Shown one piece after another: positions 20,936 to 29,840 of a DNA stretch of 64,000 nucleotides. The translations under genes were made by a program, and so were the position numbers. Source of the DNA: Gemmatimonadota bacterium (GTDB taxonomy: Bacteria; Gemmatimonadota; Gemmatimonadetes; Longimicrobiales; Gaopeijiaceae); the NCBI GenBank assembly GCA_034521595.1, contig JAXHMG010000003.1:608001-672000 (forward strand), given 5' to 3'. The notes beneath the pieces were generated by a model. That model worked only from the letters and a program-made list of their open reading frames with translations. It ran no database searches and was not told the origin of the DNA. How positions within the stretch are numbered: the first letter of the stretch is position 1; every line of letters starts with the position of its first letter.

Positions 20936-21780
20936 CGGAGACCGCGATGAGGGTCGCGCCGGTCGTCGAGCACATCCGGGAGCGGACCGATACGCGCCCG
21001 GAAGCGCTGGTCGTGTTGGGTTCGGGCCTCGGTGACGTCGAGCGTCGTATCGGGGACGCGACCGTGATCCCGTTCAGTGATCTCCCCGGGCTCCCGCGTC
21101 CCTCGGTGACCGGGCATGCCGGGCGATTCATCATGGGCCGTCTCGGAGGGTCGCCCGTCCTCGTGCAGTCGGGGCGGTTCCATGCTTACGAAGGACATCC
21201 CATGGCCTTGCTGGCGCTTCCCGTCCGTGTGGCGTCGGATCTCGGTGCGTCGATCCTCCTGGCCACGAACGCTGCCGGAGCGATCAGGGAAGACTTGGAA
21301 GCTGGATCCCTGGTGCTCGTCGACGATCACCTCAACCTCATGTCGGCGAATCCGTTGGTGGGGCCCGTGCATCCCGGTGAGGAGCGGTTTCCCGACATGA
21401 GCGTTCCTTACGATCGGGAGCTGGCCGATGCGGCCGAGAACGAGGCGGGTCGTTTGGGATACGATCTCCGCCGTGGCGTCTACGCGGCCATGCTCGGTCC
21501 GTCGTACGAGACGGCTGCGGAAGTGCGCATGTTGGCGGGGCTCGGTGCCGATGTCGTAGGAATGTCCACCGTGCCGGAGGTTACGACCGCCCGGGCCCGC
21601 GGCATGCGCTGCATGGCGTTGTCCATGGTCACCAACGCCGCTGCCGGGCGTGGGGAGGGCGGCGTGAGCCACGCGGAGGTCCTCGACGTCGCTCGGGCCA
21701 CCGCTGGCCGCTTGGCCGACATCGTGACCGGGGTGCTCGCGAGGATCGCGGTGGCTCGTCAGTCGGGGGAGGCGAAATGA
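20932..21780 (+). CDS. purine-nucleoside phosphorylase (trimeric type)
   Basis: LGSGLG, GRFHAYEG, TNAAG, GPSYETAAE, VGMSTVPE; GTG start overlaps the rhomboid stop (alternative ATG at 20947). Confidence 0.93.
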   Translation: MTETAMRVAPVVEHIRERTDTRPEALVVLGSGLGDVERRIGDATVIPFSDLPGLPRPSVTGHAGRFIMGRLGGSPVLVQSGRFHAYEGHPMALLALPVRVASDLGASILLATNAAGAIREDLEAGSLVLVDDHLNLMSANPLVGPVHPGEERFPDMSVPYDRELADAAENEAGRLGYDLRRGVYAAMLGPSYETAAEVRMLAGLGADVVGMSTVPEVTTARARGMRCMALSMVTNAAAGRGEGGVSHAEVLDVARATAGRLADIVTGVLARIAVARQSGEAK

Positions 21781-22556
21781 TTGACCGGACCACGTCCCCG
21801 TCCCCGACCCCGGGCGGTCTCGATGGAGCGTGCGACGAACCCGAGCGCCCGCTCGACCGCGTCGGCGAGTGGCTGGCCGTGGCACAGCCCGGCCGCGATC
21901 GCCGCGGAGAGCGTGCACCCGGTTCCGTGTGTGTGAGGGGTGGCGATGCGCGCCCTGCGCCAGACCGTTTCGCGCGTGCCGTCCCAGAGGATATCGACCG
22001 ACTCGTCGTCCGCGAGGTGCCCCCCCTTCACCAGCGCGGCGCTCGCACCCAGGTCGACGAGGGCGCGCGCGGCTTCCTTCATCTGCTCCTCGGTGCCGAC
22101 CGGGCGTCCCGTGAGGATCTCCGCTTCGTGGAGATTCGGCGTGACCAGGCTGGCCAGGGGGAGGAGGCGGTCCCTGACGCTCGCTTCCGCGTCGCGGTCG
22201 AGAAGGCGGTCCCCGCTCGTCGCGACCATGACCGGGTCGAGGACATATCGGTCGATGCCGTGACGGATGACCGCGTCGGCGACGGCCTCCACCAGCTCCG
22301 CGGTCGCGAGCATGCCGCTCTTCATGGCATCGGGGCGGAGGTCCTCCGCGACCGCGTCGAATTGGGCCCGGACGGTTTCGAGCGGAATGGGGTGGACGGC
22401 GCTCACACCCAGGGTGTTCTGCGCCGTCACGGCCGTGATCACGCTCGTGCCGTAGACACCGAGTTGGTGGAATGTCTTCAGGTCGGCCTGGATCCCCGCG
22501 CCGCCTCCCGAATCGCTTCCGGCGACCGTGAGGGCGGTGGGGTGGGGGTCGTACAT
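21759..22556 (-). CDS. thiD: hydroxymethylpyrimidine/phosphomethylpyrimidine kinase
   Basis: AGSDSGGGAGIQADLKT, DPVM, TPNLHEA, KGGH, HGTGCTLS; start at ATG 22556. Confidence 0.95.
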   Translation of the reverse strand: MYDPHPTALTVAGSDSGGGAGIQADLKTFHQLGVYGTSVITAVTAQNTLGVSAVHPIPLETVRAQFDAVAEDLRPDAMKSGMLATAELVEAVADAVIRHGIDRYVLDPVMVATSGDRLLDRDAEASVRDRLLPLASLVTPNLHEAEILTGRPVGTEEQMKEAARALVDLGASAALVKGGHLADDESVDILWDGTRETVWRRARIATPHTHGTGCTLSAAIAAGLCHGQPLADAVERALGFVARSIETARGRGRGRGPVNHFASPD

Positions 22557-22602
22557 GCGTTTCGTCAGAGCTCCTCGGAGATTTCGTGCGGGGGCTGTTA
22601 AG

Positions 22603-23379
22603 GTGACGCAGACCGCGCCGCTTAGCCAACGGGCGGCCCGCCTGATCGGAAGGCTCAAGACCAGGAAAGGGCGTCGCCGGGAGGCACTCGTCCTCGTGGA
22701 GGGGACCCGAAGTGCCGCCGCAGCGCTCGACGCGGGGGCTGCGGTGCGGCTCGCGCTCACATCACCGCGCTTGCTGACCAGAGAGGACGGTGCCGGGCTC
22801 GTCGATCGCCTCGCCGCGCTGGACGCCGACGTGCGTCACATCGACGATGGCCGGCTGGAGGACCTGTCCGACACCCAGGCACCCCAGGGGATCTTGCTCG
22901 TTTGTGAGGAGCCGCACGCGACGCTCGACCAGCTGAACGTCGGCTTGTGGCTCGTGCTCGATGCGATCCAGGACCCCGGGAACGCCGGCACCCTCGTGCG
23001 CGCCGCCGCCGCGTTTGGAGCCGACGGCGTCGTGGCGCTCGACGGTACCGTGGACCCTTGGAGTCCGAAAGCGGTAAGGGCGTCGGCCGGTCTCGTCTAT
23101 CGCGTCCCGGTCGTGCGTGCCACCCTGCCCGAATTCATCGCCCACGCAACGCAGGCGGTAGTGGAGGTGCTCGTCGCCGATGCGGGAGGGGAAGACGTGG
23201 GCGGCCTCGAGCGCAAGGGCGCGCTCGCGCTCGTTCTGGGGAATGAGGGCGCGGGGATCCGCGCTCAGCTGGCGGATGCGGCCGGCCGCACCGTGGCCGT
23301 GCCGATGCGGGGACCGGTGGAGTCCCTGAACGTGGGGGTCGCCGGATCGATCCTCCTCTACGCGCTCTCGCTGGAGTAA
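22603..23379 (+). CDS. TrmH/SpoU family RNA methyltransferase
   Basis: QDPGNAGTLVR, LGNEGAG, VESLNV; start codon uncertain. Confidence 0.92.
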   Translation: MTQTAPLSQRAARLIGRLKTRKGRRREALVLVEGTRSAAAALDAGAAVRLALTSPRLLTREDGAGLVDRLAALDADVRHIDDGRLEDLSDTQAPQGILLVCEEPHATLDQLNVGLWLVLDAIQDPGNAGTLVRAAAAFGADGVVALDGTVDPWSPKAVRASAGLVYRVPVVRATLPEFIAHATQAVVEVLVADAGGEDVGGLERKGALALVLGNEGAGIRAQLADAAGRTVAVPMRGPVESLNVGVAGSILLYALSLE

Positions 23380-23384
23380 TACTT

Positions 23385-24197
23385 TTGGTCGACACGTGGT
23401 TGGTATCGGCGGTGGCCGGACTCTTCGGGCTCGCCTTCGGGTCGTTCCTCAACGTCTGCTCGTTGCGTTGGCCGGTGGACGCATCCGTCGTTTCGCCCCG
23501 TTCCCACTGTCCGGGCTGTGAAGAGCCCGTGCGGTGGTACGACAACATTCCGTTGCTCAGCTGGCTCCTGCTGCGCGGCCGGTGCCGGTGGTGCGACGAG
23601 CGGATCTCGATTCAATATCCGCTGGCGGAGGTCGCCATCGCCCTCGTGTGGGCGGGGGTCTTCGCCGCCCATGGGCCGTCGTGGGAAGCGTTGCGCGGCG
23701 GCCTCTTCCTCTCGGTCTTGTTCGGCATCGCGATGTCGGATGCCCGTTACTACATCATTCCCGACCAGTTTTCCGTCGGGGGCGCCGTGCTCGGGGTTGC
23801 ATTGGCTTTTCTGCCGGGCGGGATCACCGTGTTGGAATCGATGGTGGGCGGTGCGGCGGGTTTCGCCGTCCTCTGGGTCGTGGGGGTGGCGGGGACCTGG
23901 ATTATCCGACGCATCATGCCGGGCCGTCTCGAGGAGGCGGGCGTGGATCAGGCGATGGGGGGCGGCGACATCAAGATGATGATGATGGTCGGCGCGTTCC
24001 TCGGCGTGTGGGGCGTCGTGCTGACACTGTTCATCGGATCCCTGCTGGCGCTTCTCGTGTTCGGCCCCATCGCCTCGATGTCGAAACGCCTGATTCCCCT
24101 CGGCGTGTTCCTGGCCGCGGCCGCTGCCGTGTCGTACGCGTGGGGGGAGCCGATGGTCGAGTGGTACGTGACGCGGGTGGTCGGGCTTTCCGTGTAG
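23385..24197 (+). CDS. pilD: prepilin peptidase (A24 family)
   Basis: GSFLNV, SHCPGC, RGRCRWC, MGGGDIK; multiple TM helices. Confidence 0.92.
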   Translation: MVDTWLVSAVAGLFGLAFGSFLNVCSLRWPVDASVVSPRSHCPGCEEPVRWYDNIPLLSWLLLRGRCRWCDERISIQYPLAEVAIALVWAGVFAAHGPSWEALRGGLFLSVLFGIAMSDARYYIIPDQFSVGGAVLGVALAFLPGGITVLESMVGGAAGFAVLWVVGVAGTWIIRRIMPGRLEEAGVDQAMGGGDIKMMMMVGAFLGVWGVVLTLFIGSLLALLVFGPIASMSKRLIPLGVFLAAAAAVSYAWGEPMVEWYVTRVVGLSV

Positions 24198-24376
24198 CAT
24201 AGTGTCGATGTCAGGGTGCGTTCACGCTGACGCGGCGGACTCGCGGACCGATGGCGGCGATCGAGACCCGAGTTGCTGCCCGAGCAGTGGCGCAGTTGCA
24301 CGCCTCGCGTGGGTCACTTATACGTCAGGTGAGGTGTCCCGCTACCCGCTCCGGTCAGGAGATCCGAAACTGCATC

Positions 24377-26689
24377 ATGTCGACTCTCCTGCAGCTCAAC
24401 CGTCCGGAACCGGTGCTTCGTCATGGCGTGGACACGATCGACCCGTCGCCATTCCGTCGCCCGACCGTCCTGCCTCGATTCGTCGCGATCCCGGCCATGG
24501 CGGCCCTGGCTGTCGGTACGCTGCTCGCCTCCCCGCACAACACCGTTGCCCAAACGCGCGAACCAGGCTTCACGGTTGAGCAGGTGCTCGCTCCGGCCTT
24601 CCCCTACGACCTCACCTCGGCCCAGGACACGGATCGTATTGCGTGGATGGAGACGGAGCAGGGGGTGCGGAACGTATTTACGGCAGCAGCCCCTGACTTC
24701 GCTCCCACCCGGCTGACTTCGTCCGTTGTTGACGACGGCGTCGACATCGGACCGCTCCAACTCTCGGACGACGGATCCGTGCTCACATTCATTCGCGGGC
24801 ACACGCGCAACGATGATGGCACGGTTGCCAACCCGGCGAGTGATCCGCTCGGAGGCCGGCGCGAGATCTGGGCGGTGAGCACCAGCGGGAACCGCGCGCC
24901 CTGGCGGGTCGTCGCCGCGGACGACATGCACCTCTCGCCTGACGGACGTTGGGTGCTTTACACGAAGGACGGACGGATCCACCGCGCGGCCGTCGATCCC
25001 GGAATCGCGGACGCGCCCAGCGTGGACGACGCGCCACCGCTCTTGCGCGACTTCGGTGTGCACAGCGATCCCGTCTGGTCGCCGGACGGCAAGAAGGTCG
25101 CATTCGTGAGCTCGCGGTACGACCAGCGGCGACCGTTTCCGCGCCAGGGTCGGGCCGCTACCCACACATTCATCACCGTCTACGACGTCGACAGCCGTCG
25201 CATCTCGTATATGGCCCCGAGCGTCGACCGTGACTCGAGCCCGATCTGGTCACCGGACGGGCGCCGCATCGCCTTCATCCGGAGGCCGGGACTCCCGTTC
25301 GGGCACTTCGCGAGCGCCCCGCCGGACCTCCCCCGCGAGCAGATCCCCGCGGGCTTGCTGGAGGCCGAGTTCCAAGGGGGCTACACGGCCTCGATCTGGG
25401 TTGCCGATGCGGAGACCGGAGAAGGCCGGGAGCTGTGGCACAACGCGCCGGGGGACAGCCTGTTCGCCGAGGCGAGCGACCTCCGCTGGGTGGGCGACCA
25501 TGTCCTGTTCGAGGCCGAGCCGGAGGGGTGGCCGCACTGGTTCTCGGTGCCGGTCACCGGGGCCGACGCCGGATCGTCCGGAGCGCGCCCGGCCGCCGAT
25601 GCCGTGCTCCTCACGCCCGGCGAGGGCATGGTCGAGCATGTCGCCCCCTCCGCCGACGGCCGGTGGCTCTACTACACATCGAACCGGGGCGAGCCGGAGC
25701 GCCGTGACCTCTGGCGCGTCCCCGTTGGTGGCGGAGCGGCGGAGCGGCTCACTCGAGGCTCGGGGATCGAGACGTTCCCGGCGGTGCTTTCGTCCGGCCG
25801 ACAGGTCGCTCTACTCCAAGCCGGCCCTCGGAAGCCCGTGTCGGTGGCGCTGGTGCCCTCGAACGGCGGGGAGGCGAGAATCATCGCGCCCGAGTTGCCG
25901 GCGGACTTCCCCGCCAACCGGCACGTGGAGCCAGAGACGGTCGCGATCACGGCGGCCGACGGCGTCACTGCGCACAGCATCCTCTTCCTTCCGCCGGACC
26001 TCCAGCCCGGCGAGCGTCGACCCGCGCTCGTCTTCATCCACGGGGGTCCGAGTATGCAGACGCTTCTGGGCTACCACCATCACGACGGCTCCCGGGGCTT
26101 CTATCAGATGACCTACGGGATGTCGCAATACTTCGCCAACAAGGGATACATCGTCCTGTCGGTGAACTACCGGGCGGGCACCGGCTACGGTCGAGCGTTC
26201 CGCCTCGCACCCGAACGTCGCGACCAGGGCAACTCGGAGTATCGCGACATTTTGGCCGCGGGTCTCTGGCTGAGGGATCGCCCCGACGTCGATCGCCAGC
26301 GGATCGGCGTATGGGGACTCTCGTACGGCGGCTGGCTTACCGGGCAGGCGCTCTCCCGCAACTCGGACGTCTTCAAGGCCGGAATGATCTTCGCCGGCGT
26401 ACAGATGCGGAGCGCCTCGCTCGATCCCGACGATCTCGCGTACCAGTCGTCGCCCGCCTACAACATCGAACGATGGAGCTCGCCGGTGCTCGTCGTCCAT
26501 GGAGACGACGACCGTAACGTCGAGTTCTCGCAGACCGTTGGCCTGGTCCAGCTCCTGCGCGCCCATGACATTCCGCACGAGGTGATCGTCTATCCCAATG
26601 AAACCCACTACTACCAACTCTTCTCGCGCTGGGTGAGGACCTTCAACGCTATCGACGATTTCTTCGATCGCACGCTGATTCGGAGGTAG
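24377..26689 (+). CDS. exported S9 (prolyl oligopeptidase/DPP-IV-like) peptidase with TolB-like propeller
   Basis: Signal-like AMAALAVGTLLAS..VAQ; WSPDG repeats; IHGGP, GLSYG nucleophile, DDRNV Asp, ETH His; start uncertain (24251-24497). Confidence 0.9.
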   Translation: MSTLLQLNRPEPVLRHGVDTIDPSPFRRPTVLPRFVAIPAMAALAVGTLLASPHNTVAQTREPGFTVEQVLAPAFPYDLTSAQDTDRIAWMETEQGVRNVFTAAAPDFAPTRLTSSVVDDGVDIGPLQLSDDGSVLTFIRGHTRNDDGTVANPASDPLGGRREIWAVSTSGNRAPWRVVAADDMHLSPDGRWVLYTKDGRIHRAAVDPGIADAPSVDDAPPLLRDFGVHSDPVWSPDGKKVAFVSSRYDQRRPFPRQGRAATHTFITVYDVDSRRISYMAPSVDRDSSPIWSPDGRRIAFIRRPGLPFGHFASAPPDLPREQIPAGLLEAEFQGGYTASIWVADAETGEGRELWHNAPGDSLFAEASDLRWVGDHVLFEAEPEGWPHWFSVPVTGADAGSSGARPAADAVLLTPGEGMVEHVAPSADGRWLYYTSNRGEPERRDLWRVPVGGGAAERLTRGSGIETFPAVLSSGRQVALLQAGPRKPVSVALVPSNGGEARIIAPELPADFPANRHVEPETVAITAADGVTAHSILFLPPDLQPGERRPALVFIHGGPSMQTLLGYHHHDGSRGFYQMTYGMSQYFANKGYIVLSVNYRAGTGYGRAFRLAPERRDQGNSEYRDILAAGLWLRDRPDVDRQRIGVWGLSYGGWLTGQALSRNSDVFKAGMIFAGVQMRSASLDPDDLAYQSSPAYNIERWSSPVLVVHGDDDRNVEFSQTVGLVQLLRAHDIPHEVIVYPNETHYYQLFSRWVRTFNAIDDFFDRTLIRR

Positions 26690-26710
26690 GTGCTCGGAGG
26701 AGGTGTATCC

Positions 26711-28378
26711 ATGATGTTCCCATCTCCGTCAGGTCGGGCCGGCGCTGTTCTCTCCGCTGCGCTTGTACTGTTCGCGACCTGCAGCGTCGGGCTCATCCTC
26801 GCGGCGTGGTTCGAACCGACCGGGGATGGCCAGGGCGTCACGGTGGAGCTGGACGGTCCATCCTTCGGGAAACTCGACACGGTGACCTTCACGGAGGATG
26901 TTGCGCCTATCCTCTTCGAGAACTGCTCGTCGTGCCACCGTCCCAGCGGTCCGGCCCCTTTCAAGCTCCTCACCTACGAGGATGCCGCGTCCCGGGCAGC
27001 GGAGATCGCCGAGGAGACGGAGCGCCGCTACATGCCGCCGTGGCTGCCGACGCCGGGAGAAGTGGAGTTCGCTGGCGAGCGCCGTCTCGCAAGCAGCCAG
27101 ATCGAGACGATCCGGGCGTGGGTCGATGCTGGCGCCCCGAGAGGAGATCCCGCCCATCTGCCTCCCGTGCCGCCGTTCCATTCGAGTTGGCAGCTGGGTG
27201 AGCCCGATCTCGTGGCCTCGTTTCCCACCTACGAGGCTCCCTCAGCAGGCAGGGATGTCTACCGTAACTTCGCATTGCCAGTTCCCGTTGACACCACTCG
27301 GTATGTTCGCGCCGTGGATCTGCGTCCGGGCAACCCCGAAGTGGTGCACCACGCACGGCTCATGGTGGACTCCACGCCCTCCTCCCGGAAGCTCGATGCG
27401 GCCGATCCGGAACCCGGTTTCGACGGCATGGAGCTGCGCGGCGAAGCTACCAACCCATCCGGCCATTTCGTCGGCTGGACTCCGGGCCGGGTGCCGCACG
27501 GTGGGTACGAGGATCTGGCGTGGAGGCTCCAGCCGGGAAGCGACCTGGTCCTGCAACTGCACCTGAGGCCGACCGGGCGGCGGGAGACCATTCGGCCGCA
27601 GATCGGCTTCTATCTGACCGACGCTCCCTCTCGGTCTTCAGTCCTCGTGATGCTGGGAACGGAGGTGATCGACATCCCGGCCGGTGAGGCGCGTTATGAG
27701 GTCAGGGACTCGTTCACGTTGCCCGTGCCTGTGGAGGTCGTGAGCGTCTATCCTCACGCTCATTATTTGGGAAAGACCATGGAGGGGCTCGCCGTCTTGC
27801 CCGACGGGCGGACCCGTCGACTCATCCATATCGCGGATTGGGACTTCGACTGGCAGGACCAATACCACCTTGCCGAACCCGTGGCCCTTCCGGCCGGCAC
27901 CGTGCTCTCGATGCGTTACACCTACGACAACTCCACCGCCAACCCGCAAAATCCCAACGACCCCCCAGTCCGGGTCACATACGGCTCGTCATCGACGGAC
28001 GAGATGGCGGACCTGATCCTCCAGGTCGTGCCGCCAGGCCCGGCGGCGGCGGAGCGCCTGGACGAAGAGCTGGCGCGGAAGTACCAGCGCGGCGCTAGCA
28101 AATACTCAGCCTGGAAGGAGTACACCCTCGGACTGCAGGCCGCCGAGCAGGGGAGGCTCACGGTGGCCTTGGCGCACTACCGGGCTTCACTGCGTGAGCG
28201 TGACGATCCCCAGGTCCTGAGCGCCATGGCCGAAGTGGCGGTCGAGATGGACAACCCCGGATTGGCGATCCTGAGCCTGGAGCGTGCGATCCAACTGGCG
28301 CGACAGGCTCGCGACGAGGGGCTGGTCGAGGCGTTGCGCGAGCGGCTGGAGCGGTTGCGCGGCGGGGTGAGACGATGA
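26711..28378 (+). CDS. cytochrome c-fused copper type II (PHM/DBH-like) monooxygenase with C-terminal TPR-like region
   Basis: RBS GGAGGAGGT before ATG 26711; TM/signal; CSSCH heme motif and YMPPW; VVHH, QLH, HAH, DEM copper ligands. Confidence 0.8.
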   Translation: MMFPSPSGRAGAVLSAALVLFATCSVGLILAAWFEPTGDGQGVTVELDGPSFGKLDTVTFTEDVAPILFENCSSCHRPSGPAPFKLLTYEDAASRAAEIAEETERRYMPPWLPTPGEVEFAGERRLASSQIETIRAWVDAGAPRGDPAHLPPVPPFHSSWQLGEPDLVASFPTYEAPSAGRDVYRNFALPVPVDTTRYVRAVDLRPGNPEVVHHARLMVDSTPSSRKLDAADPEPGFDGMELRGEATNPSGHFVGWTPGRVPHGGYEDLAWRLQPGSDLVLQLHLRPTGRRETIRPQIGFYLTDAPSRSSVLVMLGTEVIDIPAGEARYEVRDSFTLPVPVEVVSVYPHAHYLGKTMEGLAVLPDGRTRRLIHIADWDFDWQDQYHLAEPVALPAGTVLSMRYTYDNSTANPQNPNDPPVRVTYGSSSTDEMADLILQVVPPGPAAAERLDEELARKYQRGASKYSAWKEYTLGLQAAEQGRLTVALAHYRASLRERDDPQVLSAMAEVAVEMDNPGLAILSLERAIQLARQARDEGLVEALRERLERLRGGVRR

Positions 28379-28404
28379 GCACGGTGCACCGCGACGCTCC
28401 GCAG

Positions 28405-28452
28405 ACCTGACCCCCGGGGGCCAGGGTCAGGTTCCCAGTCCCCGGGGGTCAG
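28405..28452. repeat. nested inverted repeats (CTGACCC/GGGTCAG) between convergent genes
   Basis: ACCTGACCC 28405-13 pairs with GGGTCAGGT 28424-32; CTGACCCCCGGGG 28407-19 pairs with CCCCGGGGGTCAG 28440-52. Confidence 0.65.
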
Positions 28453-28482
28453 CTCACCTGCTGCAGTCCTCCTCCTACCCGC

Positions 28483-29778
28483 TCACGTTGGGGTTCGTCT
28501 GCAGCTCGTTCTCGGATATGGGACGCAGAGATCACGGTCCGGTGCCAGGAACGTCTCGACACCCGACGCCGGATCCTCGAGCGGATGCAAGTCGCCAGGT
28601 GTGCCTGCCGCGTCCCAGCGCCGGAGATCGTTCAGCCGCCGGGCCTCGAGCCAGAGCTCGATCCCTCGCTCCCGCTTGAATCGGGTCCAGGCCTCTTCGA
28701 GGCTCGACGCCGACCATGGCTCCAGGGGCTCACCGGTCGTGTCGCTGATCTGGCTGGTCCGCAGTGCGTTGACGATCTCCATCGCCTCCTCCCACTCGTC
28801 GTCGACCAGCAGGGCCTCCGCCTCGATCAGCCGCATCTCACGCCCCGTGACCAGGTCCACGTTGTCGCCCATGGTCGTGTATTTGAGCTGGAACTTCCAC
28901 GGCACGTTGCCGATCCCCGGGCGCTCGACCTCGCCGAACGGGAAGTTGGGATCCTCGTTCCACTGCGTCCGCGGGTCGCCGGTGTCCGGATAATACTCCT
29001 CGTACGGGGTATTCCAGACCGAATGCACGCGGTAGGGCTGGTTCGCCACAAAGAACGCGATGTCGTTCCACTGATCCGGGTCCTCGATGGCAAACTTCGT
29101 CTGGAAGGCGAAGTCCTCCGGCACCTGGATCGCATCATTTACCGCGGGCCCCCAGTTCCCCAAAGTCATATGGGCGGTCGCCCGGCCGGCGAGCGCCGCC
29201 ATCTCGATCTCACTTCGATTCGTAAGCTCGGCCGCGTTCGTAAAGTGATCCACGGCCCCTTCCAGGTACCGGGTATGTGGCTCGGCCGGGCCACCGTTGA
29301 ACACGGCCTGACAGAAGTGCTCACCGGCCATCCGGTATGCGAAGCCCGCCCACAGATGGGCCTCGGCCAGGATTTCAGGATCCGCATCGATCTCGGCAAA
29401 TCGGCGGACCGCGTCGTCCCCGACCCAGATCGCATTGTGCACATCGGACCACATCCCGTTCGATTCATCCGGCTCGAAGATTCCCCGGCCCTGCGCGACG
29501 CTGATGTTCAGGTTCCCGGACGCCACGATCTCTCGAGTGGCGGCTGACGCCTCCAGGGCGACCTCGTTCCACGCGTCGGACAGTGCTCGCTGGATCCCAC
29601 CCACCACGGCGCCATGGGAAGCTGGGTTGTTGAGGAGGTCGTCAGCCACCGGACCAGGGTTGGAGACATCGAAGTCACAACCCGCGGTCGCAACCAACAC
29701 CATCAACGTTCCCAGCACCGTACGACGCCCGGTCCAGCCACCTCGATCCCGTTCGGCTCTATCGTCTTGGAAGCTCAT
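28483..29778 (-). CDS. RagB/SusD family outer-membrane lipoprotein (apparent 1-nt frameshift near the 3' end; corrected stop at 28475)
   Basis: Lipobox ATAGC; EMRLIEAEA, ERGIELWLEARRLNDLRRW; directly downstream of a SusC-like receptor. Confidence 0.88.
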   Translation of the reverse strand: MSFQDDRAERDRGGWTGRRTVLGTLMVLVATAGCDFDVSNPGPVADDLLNNPASHGAVVGGIQRALSDAWNEVALEASAATREIVASGNLNISVAQGRGIFEPDESNGMWSDVHNAIWVGDDAVRRFAEIDADPEILAEAHLWAGFAYRMAGEHFCQAVFNGGPAEPHTRYLEGAVDHFTNAAELTNRSEIEMAALAGRATAHMTLGNWGPAVNDAIQVPEDFAFQTKFAIEDPDQWNDIAFFVANQPYRVHSVWNTPYEEYYPDTGDPRTQWNEDPNFPFGEVERPGIGNVPWKFQLKYTTMGDNVDLVTGREMRLIEAEALLVDDEWEEAMEIVNALRTSQISDTTGEPLEPWSASSLEEAWTRFKRERGIELWLEARRLNDLRRWDAAGTPGDLHPLEDPASGVETFLAPDRDLCVPYPRTSCRRTPT

Positions 29779-29840
29779 GATCCAGATCTCCCCCTCTCAG
29801 TCGCTGAATTCCATTCTCCACGGCTCGAATCGGTCACCGG

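Noticed and set aside
22557-22602. TPP riboswitch before thiD (or thiE)
   Set aside because: Intergenic space is too short and no riboswitch core is visible; thiE is operon-internal
24287-24300. TGGCGCAGTTGCA as a sigma-54 promoter for the S9 peptidase
   Set aside because: GG-GC spacing is 7, not the required 10
26687-26711. In-frame TAG between the S9 peptidase and the monooxygenase as a read-through fusion (likewise 40325-40328)
   Set aside because: A strong RBS and separate signal sequence follow the stop; TAG is used as a normal stop throughout the window
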